A DNA stretch of 64,000 bases from Squalus acanthias. Taxonomy: Eukaryota. The DNA is taken from contig CM059431.1 in assembly GCA_030390025.1 (NCBI GenBank), positions 129,582,001 to 129,646,000 of the forward strand. The letters run 5' to 3'. Positions 10,801 through 21,234 of this stretch are shown piece by piece. Under the pieces are notes generated by a model. It did not search any database. It was not told the DNA's origin and saw only the letters and a list, made by a program, of their open reading frames with translations. Within the stretch, counting starts at the first letter, position 1. Each line of letters starts with the position of its first letter. A program made the position numbers and the translations under genes.

Positions 10801-12314
10801 ACTGCAAAAATCTTGGTCCGGGAAGTGTTCTCGCGGTGGGGACTTCCCCGTTTTGTGGAGTCAGACCAAGGGAGTCATTTCACCGGCCAGGTGATGCAGA
10901 ACACCCTCATGCTTTTGGGCATTGAAGGGAAATGGCACGTAGTGCACAATCCCCAGTCATCCGGGATTGTTGAACGCATGAACCGGACCCTGAAGGAAAA
11001 ATTGAGGAAAGAGACTACGAACTCGCCCCAAAAATGGGCGGAGGTTCTGCCTTTAGTCCTCATGGGGGTCCGGGCCAGTCAGTCGAAAAGTACGGGGTAT
11101 TCCCCGCACGAGGTGATGACTGGGAGGATCATGCGAACCCCCACCCATGTGCTAGCGCCGGTGCTCACGGAGGGTCAGCTCCAAGAGATAAGCAGGGACA
11201 AGTTCGCCCAGACCCTCTTGGAGCGCCTGAAGCAGGTTTATGAGCAGGCAGCTGGGAACATGGGAAGGCAGCATCAGGCAATCGCCTGTTGCTGGAACCC
11301 CGCAAAACGCGGGAGTGGGAAGTAGGAGACCAGGTCATGGTCAGAAACTACGCCAGAGTAGGGAGTCTGGAACCACTGTATATGGGACCCTACAACATTG
11401 TAGATAAGGCGAGTCCCATGGTATACGCCGTAAAGGTACCTCGGCGCACTAAGTGGTTCCACGTAAACCAGTGCAAACTGTACAAGCCAGGTGCACAAGG
11501 GCCAACCACAGGGGCCAAACCTGCGAGTGGGGAATCGCAGCCAGAGGTAGGGCCACAGGGCACACAGGCAGGCAAAGCAGCTTGCATCAGGGGAGGGGAC
11601 ATCCTGGAAAATTGTGAGACATTTTTGTGGGGTTGGGAGTCAGATGAGGATAGTGAAGATAGTGAAAGTGAGGATAGTGAAGATAGTGACACAAGCGAGG
11701 AGGAGCGGGAATCGGAGGACGAAAGGGTCGCCCCCGATTCAGGTATAGGAGGGACAGGGGCTGCAGATAGAGATCCACAAAGGGTGGAGGCCGAAGCTGC
11801 AGGTCCTGAACGCAGGGGGGAGGAGCTAGGGGAGGCGGAGCCAGCCGCTGTGGTGGGACCACAGGGCGTGGCGATGGAAGCCTCAGAGCCCGAGCCGCCC
11901 GCCTTGAACGTCTTGCCCTCGAGGGAGGTAGGGACTGCGAGTGAAGGGCCGCCTACTGGGCCAAGTAGGGCGGTGCCACAAGTTGCAGATCCCGAGTTCA
12001 GGGAGGCGGAGCCAGGGGAGGCGGAGCCAGCGACTGTGGCGGGACCACAGGTCGCCACGGTGGAAGTCTCGGAACCCGGTCCGTCGGTCCTGGAGTTCCT
12101 GCCCCCGGTAGCTCTCCGTAGGTCGGGTCGGATACCCCAGCCCAGGAAGGTATGGTCAAGTCCCCAGACTGTCCCAAGGCGTAGGCGCAAGGCTCAGGCA
12201 GCCCAGGGAGAGCCCAGTCCCAGCGCAGCAGCAACAGGCTGCGGCAGATCAAAGGGAGGGGTCAATGCCCTCCCACCGTCGGGAAAGGCTCGGGGCAGCC
12301 TTTTCAGAATTTAA
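7817..12314 (+). pseudogene. pol: Pro-Pol (PR, RT, tether, RNase H, IN, long C-terminal tail) with 4 lesions: TAG 7895, 1-bp deletion ~8015, TGA 8728, 1-bp deletion ~11280
   Basis: LLDTGA (DTG 7922-7930), LPQGFHNSP, YVDD 8881-8892, IYVDGS...AELSA...SDS...GNQQADALA, HHCC zinc finger, D10684-D10864-E10972 (D-35-E), GPY motif. Confidence 0.93.
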
Positions 12315-12614
12315 ATAGGCCGCCCTGGGAACGGGCGGCGCTGTACAGTCATAAGGTTAAGGATAAGGTTATAGTTTTCAATATAAGGTTATAAGGTTAT
12401 AGTTTTAAATCGGTTTAAGTCGGTAGTTTAATTTTGTTTAATAGAAAGAGGTAAAATGATGACAGTTTTAGAGATAGGATTAGTTAAAGTTTATCCAGCG
12501 CACATGTCTTCTTACGTGAGGCGAGGTCAGGGGACCCGCTCACCCTTCACAAAAGCCAGAGACTCTTGCGAGGCTGGCTACCTCATTCTATCTGATCACA
12601 GGAACCAAGGAAGG

Positions 12615-13667
12615 ATGGAACGAATTCTAGTATTGCTCGCGGCAATCGGATGTGGATTGGCCTATCGAGGCCACACCAAGGATGTCGTGGTGTTTGGATG
12701 CTCCGGGGACACGGCCCCCATCGCGGTGGATGGGACCGGAAGACGAGAGGCTGAGGAGACCACCACCTATTTCCACAAGGGAAGGTGGCCAGGATGGCTG
12801 GGAACTAACTCAACGGAGTATTCCAGCACATCGGGTTTTGCCTACCAAGAGACTTCTTTACTGTGCCCCAAAGTAAGGATCATCGCACCCAGGATCAGCA
12901 TCAGCGTCAGCAAACGGATTTGTTTGACTTGTAATGGGAATGTCCCATTGAGCCGATGGTGGTGGCTACGAAAGCTGAGCAAAAACATGAGGAACTCTTC
13001 GGTCGAGTGGGAGCGACTGGGTAATAATACCCATCGGACAATTACGGGGACAAACGGACAAGTGAGAGTCTGTTGGGACAAATGGTGGGAACCGCATGAG
13101 GGAATTTATGTATGTATGTGGGGGTCAAAATACGTTTGCCCCAAAGGCATCTCCATATTTTTCATTAATCAATGGCAGGATAACGGACAGGGGATGAGGT
13201 GGGATGCGAGCACCAGGGGGTGCGGGGCCCCATACTCCCCGATCCCGGTAAATGCCACTGAACTCATTACGCGCCCACGCAAAGCCCCGCCCACGATTCC
13301 GGTGGTTCTAGCTAAGGAAGAAGGGTGCCCTAAAACCAGTAAGGGACCCGGGAATGGTTTGGTACTGGTCCCCACAGACCAGATACTATTTCAGGGGGTA
13401 CATTACGCGGTGGCCTCGGTGATTTTAAATCTCACCGAGGTGCGGTTACCAGAGTGGTGCCCCAAAAAGACGGAACAGTTATATCAGGTCCTGTTGACCA
13501 AGATGTTCAGACAATTCTATGAGTTCGATTTCGCGGAAATTGATAAAACAAGTTTGTACACCGCACCACATGAAGTTTTGGATCAGGTGGGGAGGCAAAG
13601 AAGGGGTGTTGTGAACGACGCGTTCACTGCTTTCAACACAGGTACATCTGTGGTCAACGCTCTAGAC
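12615..13667 (+). pseudogene. env: Env 5' part: signal peptide, Ig-like domain, F2-like region, furin site, fusion peptide
   Basis: MERILVLLAAIGCGLA signal; several N-x-S/T sites; RQRR 13593-13604 then GVVNDAFTAFNTGTSVVNALD; candidate splice acceptor TCACAG|G at 12601. Confidence 0.85.
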
Positions 13668-13669
13668 GA

Positions 13670-15142
13670 AATGTACGAAATGGAAAATCTTTATTGCATA
13701 ATATTTAAGATTACGAAACACATGTCATAAGCACAGATTAATGACAGTACAATCTTACACGCAGTTATGTAATTAATTTCAGGGAAACGAGGAACGAACG
13801 ACACATCGTAAATGGGGGCACACATTACAATTATCCTTAATACTTAAAACCCTCCTCTATCAATATCTGTCCTAAGCTAGATTCGTAGGATTCGAGACTC
13901 ATGCTCACCACTCGTGATAACTCGGAGAATTCCGAAAACTCTGATCGGATGTTTATCACCGCAGCGCCCACGTGTCGATCAGGGGGTCTCCTGGCCCCAC
14001 TTGTTTACTCGTTTCTGCTCCGGCTAGCAGGCTGGAACGTCTGCTGTCATGAAGATCTGTGTTGTCCTCGGAGTTCCGACTCTACTCAAAAAAAGAGTCT
14101 TCCTGTGCCCTCGCACTGATGCGATAAAATTCGAAGAATAGTCTTCCTGTCAGTTCTGTAAAACTCGAAGAAGTCTTCCTGGCAAGGAAAATGTCTATTC
14201 GACCTACAGGCGCGGTCGGAGCTTACTGACCGTGGCGATAAGTATGGTCTTCTTCTCTTCTCATCTCATCTCATCTCATCTCATCTCATCTCGGGCCTTC
14301 GGTTCCAACACCGTTTACCGACTTATCGGAATGGTGCGCCCGCTTCAAGGCTTCAGAGCCCAGTTCTACACAGGTCTTCGCGACACGACACGAGGTAGAT
14401 TCGAGCGGATCGTAAAGTTCAACAGTCTTTTTGAAAAGAGACACGAGGCAAGCAGGAACAAGACGGCGAGTCAAAAGCAGCCACGAGGATAAACACCAGC
14501 AAGATAAGAGAAAGATGGACGGTTGGAGCTTGTAATTATAGTGCAAAATCTTTCGTTTCCCGCCCAACCTTAATGTCTTCTCTTTTGTTAGGGTTTGGCG
14601 CTCAAAAGTCTTGTATAGGGTGATCTTCGTTTTAATGGGTTTCGGGGCTACTCGTAAACGTCTGAGTACCTGTTAATATTTCTCCCATTGTTTAATCGGT
14701 CGGCGTTCTCCCCGGAGGGGTTTTGGGGCTTCCAAGTGTTTTCTGTAACTACCCACTAACGGCTCTCTCATCGTAGAGTCGTTGGGATTTTACATATGAA
14801 TGTCTTTGGATGGGTTCTTGATTACTTGGTACAATAGCTTTTATTCGTACCTGGGAGACCGATTTCAGTATTTATGTGTATACTGTGAACCCATGATGTC
14901 TCGTGTATTATCTTCAATGTGCTGAGTCTTAATCGATCTTGCACAAATGTTTACTGGAACGCCATCTTGTCTGCCTGTCGAAAAGTCTAGAATGTTCTGC
15001 CACGAGGTGCGGCGGCCATTTTACAAGCTGCTTGTGTCCACTTTGAAAACCTGACAGCATTCCGCTGAAATAAAAGCTGTTTGAACGAAACTATGTGTTT
15101 TTCTCCTTATTAATAAAATCGCGATATATTGCGAATTCTACA
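13670..15142 (-). repeat. Inverted U3-R-only LTR of a sister subfamily inserted in env
   Basis: Reverse complement of LTR 4332-~5800; about 20 differences in the first 250 bp by eye; no TSD. Confidence 0.92.
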
Positions 15143-15843
15143 GTGGCCGGGGAGCACACATAATACTGTGTCCCCAGCACTTGAATGCCTTTTTAACACC
15201 ACAGTGCGGGTTCAGAACGGCTGGTGCCAAGTCCATGAATTGCACCATGGAGGCAATGGCACAAGATCATGTGCCTCCGCAGGTAGCATACATCGGGGGT
15301 GGAACATATTGTGTTACCACTGCAGCGCAACACTACCAGCATGGAAACCGTAGCCGGTGTCCGGTAAGTGACAGCAGTTTCTGTTTCAAACCCAGGGCGG
15401 AAGTTCAAGTAGCTCAACAGCGAATTGTCCCAATCCCTGAACCATCCACGGTTCATCTTACCGTCAAAGAGAACTTCACCGACCTGCAGCAATTCGTCGC
15501 ACACTTCGGATACCTCATTCCCCCTCTCCCTGAACACCTCACCAAGCTTTTGAAAGCCGTCGCGGTATCACAAAAACATTTTTACACACTAGAACAGAAA
15601 ACTGTCGAGATAGGGACAGAAATTCTGGACATAGTAATTCCACCGTGGTGGAATCTGTTCTCCAACATTGAAGTGCCTTCCTGGATTAGAATAGCCTCCC
15701 ACATTTTAGTTGTATGCCAAGTGTTTATTGTGGTATACTTATTGGTCGTGCATTGTAAGAGAGGCAAACGCCTCACCAAGAACGAAAACACGGGAGAGTG
15801 GCGAGAACGTTACGTGCGCGTGCACGATGAAAGCACCGTGTAA
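15143..15843 (+). pseudogene. env: Env 3' part: Cys-rich F1-like region, heptad, TM anchor, basic tail
   Basis: Open frame from 15145: ILCPQH..PQC..NCTM..YIGGGTYCV..RCP..FCFKP, then LTKLLKAV..LEQKTVEI, TM IASHILVVCQVFIVVYLLVV, KRGKR. Confidence 0.85.
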
Positions 15844-16279
15844 TCAGAAAATGGCGTCACTCCCGTTTGCCACGTGTGCCTCGGAAGTGTTGTAATCGAT
15901 CGTGATTTTTTTCAGAGACTGTAATTACGTTTGGAACTCGACATGTTTAAGAGTTGGTTTTGATTATTTTGGTGATGGTGTTGTTGTTGAATATGATTGT
16001 TTGGTTTTGTTTTGTTTTTCTTTTCCCTGAATAAAAAATATGAACATACAGGTGATACGAGAGGCATCGGCCTGGTTACGCCTGGAAGGAAAACAAGTGG
16101 TGTAAGTTTTAAAGGCAAATAATGCCTGCGGTGTTATAAGAATGTAATTTTCCTGGGAAATAAGGACGACACAAAGACCCTAGATAGTTTAAGTTATGGG
16201 GATTTTCTGGATCTGGAGAAATCGAGATAATATTGCTCACCACAATATTTTTGATACGATAAGCGGAGTTATTCGCATC

Positions 16280-16291
16280 AACAGGAGGGAC
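16280..16291 (+). other. Polypurine tract
   Basis: AACAGGAGGGAC immediately before the 3' LTR TG. Confidence 0.75.
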
Positions 16292-17969
16292 TGTAGAATT
16301 CGCAATATAATCGCGATTTTATAAATAAGGAGGAGACACATAGTTTCGTACAAACAGCTTTATTTCAGCAGAATGCTGTCAGGTTTTCAAAGTGGACACA
16401 AGCAGCCTGTAAAATGGCCGCCACGCCTCGTGGCAGAACATTCTAGACTTTTCGATAAGCAGACAAGATGGCGTTCCAATAAACATTTGTGCGAGATCGA
16501 TCAAGACTCAGCACATTTGAGATAATACACAAGACATTATGGGTTTGCAGTATACACATAAATACTGGAATCGGTCTCCCAGGTGCGAATAAAGGGCTAT
16601 TGTACCAAGCGATCAAGAACCCATCCAAAGACATTAATATGCAAAATCCCCACGACTCTACGATGAGAGAGCCGTTTGCGGGTAGTTACAGAAAACATTT
16701 GGAAGCCCCAAAACCCCTCCAGGGAGAATACTGACCGGTTACACATTGGGAAAAGTATTAACAGGTACTCAGGCAGTTACGAGTATCCCCGAAACCCATT
16801 AAACGGAGATCACCCTATACAAGAAGTTTGAGCGCCAAAACTCTGACAAAAGAAAAGACATTAAGATTGGGCGGGAAAAAGAGGAGTTTCAGCACTATAA
16901 CTGTAAACTACAACCGTCCATCTTTCTCTTATCCTCTTGACTCCTTGCCGCTTGCCTCGTGTCTCTGCCTCTTGCAGCTCTTGCTGTTTGACTTGCTGAA
17001 AGACTATTGAACTTTCTGATTCGCCAAGATCAGCCTCGTGGCTTGCCGCAAAGATCTGTGTGGAACTGGGCTGTGAAGCCTTGAAGCGGGCACACCATCC
17101 CGAGAAGTCGGTAAACGGTGTTGGAACCGAAGGCCCGAGATGAGATGAGATGAGAAGAGAAGAAGACGACCATACGTATCGCCACGGTCAGTAAGCCCCG
17201 ACCGCGCCTGTAGGTCGAATAGACACTTTCTTTGCCCAGGAAGACTATCTTTTGAGTTCTACAGAACTGGCATCGGAAGACCATTCTTCGAATTTTATCG
17301 CATCGGGGCGAGGGCACAGGAAGACTATTTTTTGAGTCGTGTCGGAACTCCGAGGACAACACAGATCTTCATGACAACAGACGGTCCAGCCTGCTAGCCG
17401 GAGCAGAAACGAGTAAACAAGTGGGGTACAGAGACCCCTGATCAACACGTGGGTGATCAGGTGCTGCGGTAAAAACATCGAGCAGAGTTTTCGGAATTCT
17501 CCGAGTTATCACGAGTGGTGAGCATGAGTCTCGATCCTACAAATCTAGTTTAGGTCAGGTATTGATAGGGGAGGGTTTAAGTTTTAAGGATAATTGTAAT
17601 GTGTGCCCCCATTTACGATGTGTCGTTCGTTCCTCGTTTCCCAAAAATTAGTTACATAACTGCGTGTAAGATTGTACTGTCATTAATCTGTGCTTATGAC
17701 ATGTATTTCGTAATCTTGAATAATATGCAATAAAGTTTTTCCATATCGCACTATTCAACCGGGTCTACCTGAGTTTTCTCTGCATTATTGCTCTCGCACC
17801 TAAGTCCAGTGTCAGAACCGTAAGGGCGAGTCGGTCGAACCACTCACAGGGGTCTAGTGTTACCAGGCTGGCTGGAGACCAGAACAGGCAACAAGGCCTA
17901 ACCTCGCACTAGCACCCAGGCTGAGCACAGAGCCACAGGCGGTGTCACACACGTGTCAAAACCCTTACA
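16292..17969 (+). repeat. 3' LTR (1678 bp)
   Basis: TGTAGAATTC...ACCCTTACA followed by TSD TGTC. Confidence 0.95.
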
Positions 17970-17973
17970 TGTC

Positions 17974-18242
17974 ATAGAGCAAACAATAGGCATGCTCAAG
18001 ATGTCCTTCAGATGCCTTGACAGATCTGGAGGAGCTCTTCAGTACGCACGAACCAGGGTCTCCAGAATCGACATGGTCTGCACAACACAGCACAGCAGCA
18101 AAGATTAGCGCTGCATGAGGAGCAAGGCAATGAGCACACAGCCTCTTCAGAGGAAGAGGAGCAGGAGGAGGAGGAGGAGCATCAGCTGGATGACGAGGAG
18201 GAGGAGGAGCTCAAGGAACTCATCATGGCCAGATTTACTTAA
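17974..18242 (+). pseudogene. Harbinger 1 transposase, 3' part
   Basis: Resumes (TRCV)[23 protein letters not shown], acidic tail, ARFT*. Confidence 0.9.
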
Positions 18243-18526
18243 CTTTACTCAGTACAGCCATATGGCTGCCACATGCTGCACCAGGTAGGCACCAGCCAAC
18301 AGCAACACCATAAAGCATCCCTACAATGACCAAGCCATTCCTTTCACACTGACCACCATTGTTGGAGGTATCGTTATGTCTCACCATTCACTGCAACTCA
18401 CTAAGCCACTTCCAAAGGTGCTCACAAATTTGTGCATGGCCAGAAAATGGTGAAAATATGACAGCACATTAACAGAAACTTTACATAAACATTGAATAAA
18501 ATGCCCAAGTGGCTACCCTTGTGAAT

Positions 18527-20378
18527 CTACTTGTGTGTCGTCATTCTCTTATGCGTGCTTCTACGAGGTGCTACCCCTGTGGCTTCAGCAGAGGTAGAGG
18601 CAGCCTGCTCACTTCCCTGCTGCGACTGCTTAAACACTCTTGGCAGATGTCCTCTGGGTTTTGGAGCCTCTGATGGTCCCGCCAAAGTCTGTTCCTCCTG
18701 CGACTGTGCAGGGGCAGACTCGGCCATTGCTGTCCGAGGAGGCATCTGGGGCTCTGACTGAAGGGGTGGCAATGGGGAAGAAGTGTGAACGCTTTGAGAT
18801 GAGCCCCCACTTCCATGTGCCCTCTCACCATCATCCCTCTCATGGGCCACCCGCACTTACCTGCTAGCAAGGAGCTGGAAAGCACCTTGCTGCACATCAG
18901 TGGGGCCATGAGGACCCATGTCTACGCTGACATCCCTGCTAAAGAGGAGGTCTATGAGCCTCTTCCATCTATTCGTCATAGATACCATGTGCTCCTGTGA
19001 GTGGCGCATTAGCTGCTCCATGTAGGTGGCCATCCTATCCATGGAAGAGCCTACAATCGCCATCGTCTGCGACACGGTGGTGCTTATGTTGGAGATGGAC
19101 TCTTCCATTCTCTGCATATTTGCAGACATCGTGCTTGCAAAACCTGTCAAAGCCTCCTGCATTTCTTACTGCACCTCCAGGAATGCCCTCTTTCTGGATG
19201 GCCCCCGAGCCTGCTTGCAGCTGAGCAGAGCTGGGAGCATCCTGTGCCCTCCGGCGAGGAGTCTCCACTGCTGTTCCTGTCTCCACCATCTGCTCTTGCT
19301 CACTTGTGAGTTGTGAGACACCAGGTAACAGCACTACTCCATCTCGTGTGGCACCCACCGAGGTGTGTGTATCTGCGCTGGTGCTGGGTGCACCCTCAGA
19401 GGCTGGAGGCTCCTCTGAGGAGTCATCCTCCTCTTTCTCCTGGACAGTGGTGGGGAGGGGGGTGGTGGGGACTCTTGATGGACCTGTGGGAGAGTAACGA
19501 GATGAGTTAAATCTGCCATATCAAGAATGGGTACAGATACCATTATGCACATGCTGACCATTCAATGGCTGCTGACATCAGTCCCCATATGAGTGACTGA
19601 TGTATGCCATGCAGCTGTATGATATGCAATTCTGTCACCAGGTTGCTGAGATGTCCCTCTCTCTCCATCTCCCACCTCCAGCTGCTTGGCAAGTCCAGAT
19701 GTTTTCAAGGCAGCCTCCTCTGCTGTTGCAAGGGTGACCAATGATGGAGGGTGACCTCCGGTTCTCTCCCTCTCCCTCTTATTGTGGGCTCTCTTTTCCT
19801 GCAAGGAGGGAAAGAAGCAAAGATTGAGTGAGAGTAATGGGATGAGTGTAAGTAATGGATGAGTTAGATCTTTAGAGGGAGACTATGATTGCATGGGATG
19901 CCAATGCCAAGTGGCCTCCTTGTGTGTTGTTAGTTGGTATGATTGCATTAGGATGAGGATGAGTGTGAGGAGTGGCTAGTCAGATGGGGATGTGATAATG
20001 TAGATAGAGAGGGACGGGTGGAGGTGCAAGGTAAGTTGGTGTGAGTAAGGATGTGCAGAAGTAAGGTTGGGAAGGCAGAGTGATGGGGATGTGATGAGAG
20101 GCACAGCAGGATGAAGTTGAATGTGGCTTTGTAGTCACCTTTCTTGACCTAATGAAATCATTGAAACGTTTCCGGCACTGCATCCAAGTCCTCCTGACAA
20201 CATCCCTGCTGTTAACCTCCTCTGCAATTTAGAGCTAGGCTCTTTTTGGCACCTGGGGAGGTCTCTTCCACCCATTCGAAGGGAAGAGGACCTCACTGCG
20301 TGCTCTAACTCCCTCCACAAGCATATGGAGGGAGTCATCGGAGAACCTGGGTGCAGCCCTCTGTCTATGTGCAGTCAT
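18527..20378 (-). pseudogene. Harbinger 1 Myb/SANT-like partner gene, 3 exons (20378-20139, 19798-19639, 19483-18527), frameshifted
   Basis: MTAHRQRAAPRFSDDSL..., QCRKRFND, EKRAHNKRERERTGG; GT-AG junctions. Confidence 0.8.
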
Positions 20379-20539
20379 GTTTGGCACTCTTTGCAGCAGT
20401 CGATTTGTCCAGTGTGCTGCCTGCACACTCCTAGATGAACCTTCAAATGCAATGTGGCCATGGCTCCTTTAAATATCCCAGCTGAAAACGCATCATGGAT
20501 GATGTCATCAGATCCGCACCATTATTAGGGCCGGGTAAC

Positions 20540-20750
20540 GTGCCTCTCATCACATCCCCATCACTCTGCCTTCCCAACCTTACTTCTGCACATCCTTACT
20601 CACACCAACTTACCTTCCATCTCCACCCGTCCCTCTCTCTCTATCTACATTATCACATCCCCATCTGACTAGCCACTCCTCACACTCACCCTCATCCTAA
20701 TGCAATCATACCAACTAACAACACACAAGCAGGCCACTTGGCATTGGCAT
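20540..20750 (-). repeat. Inverted duplication of 19898-20104
   Basis: Near-perfect reverse complement, ~210 bp. Confidence 0.9.
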
Positions 20751-21234
20751 TAATAAGCCCCTATTAAGTAATGGGGCTTAATAGGCCCCATTAATGCAAA
20801 GTCGATTTCTGGAGCGGGATGGAAGCAACAACGGGGTCGCGACCTGCCACAGCTACTGCCCGCACCCGACCCGCCCAGGTAAAGAAAATTCCAGCCATGA
20901 CTCCCCCTGCGCAACTCAAGAGTTTGGGATGCCTCTCTCAATGCTGCCATACCCTGGGATTTATTTACCTTCTATGATGAACAGGGAGTTTTGGTCACAT
21001 TTCTAATAATAACGTTTCAGCATTTCTGTACAGAAGACTGGCTGTCACTGTAAATGTTAGTTACTATTATGTGCTTTCATTGGCTGCAGAATACACATCA
21101 CAGCCTGATGTGCAAGGAAAGGGCTGTTTCTAAATCACTGATATGTAGATGTTTACCTGCTTGTTGAGTTGATTGTGATCAAAAGTGCTTTATTACTACT
21201 ATTACTACTGCAACTGGAACTGCTACCACAGCCA

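Larger units (their letters stand above)
4332..17969 (+). mobile_element. Endogenous retrovirus-like provirus (lokiretrovirus-like): LTR-gag-pro-pol-env-LTR
   Basis: TG...CA LTRs, TSD TGTC at 4328-4331 and 17970-17973, PBS, PPT, gag/pol/env motifs. Confidence 0.95.
2901..20896 (+). mobile_element. PIF/Harbinger transposon 1 (~4.4 kb without the provirus), split by the provirus
   Basis: TIRs GGCCGGAATTTTCT (2901) / AGAAAATTCCAGCC (20883-20896); convergent transposase and Myb/SANT genes; no clear TSD. Confidence 0.85.

Noticed and set aside
11390..12190. 266-aa antisense ORF
   Set aside because: Shadow of the GC-rich low-complexity integrase tail
12456..12614. 53-aa N-terminal extension of Env from ATG 12456
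   Set aside because: Signal peptide begins at ATG 12615 just after a candidate acceptor; a foamy-like long leader cannot be excluded but has no support
13670..17969. DIRS/Ngaro-type element suggested by inverted plus direct LTR copies
   Set aside because: DDE integrase, TSD, PBS and PPT are present, there is no tyrosine recombinase, and the inverted copy is diverged and breaks env
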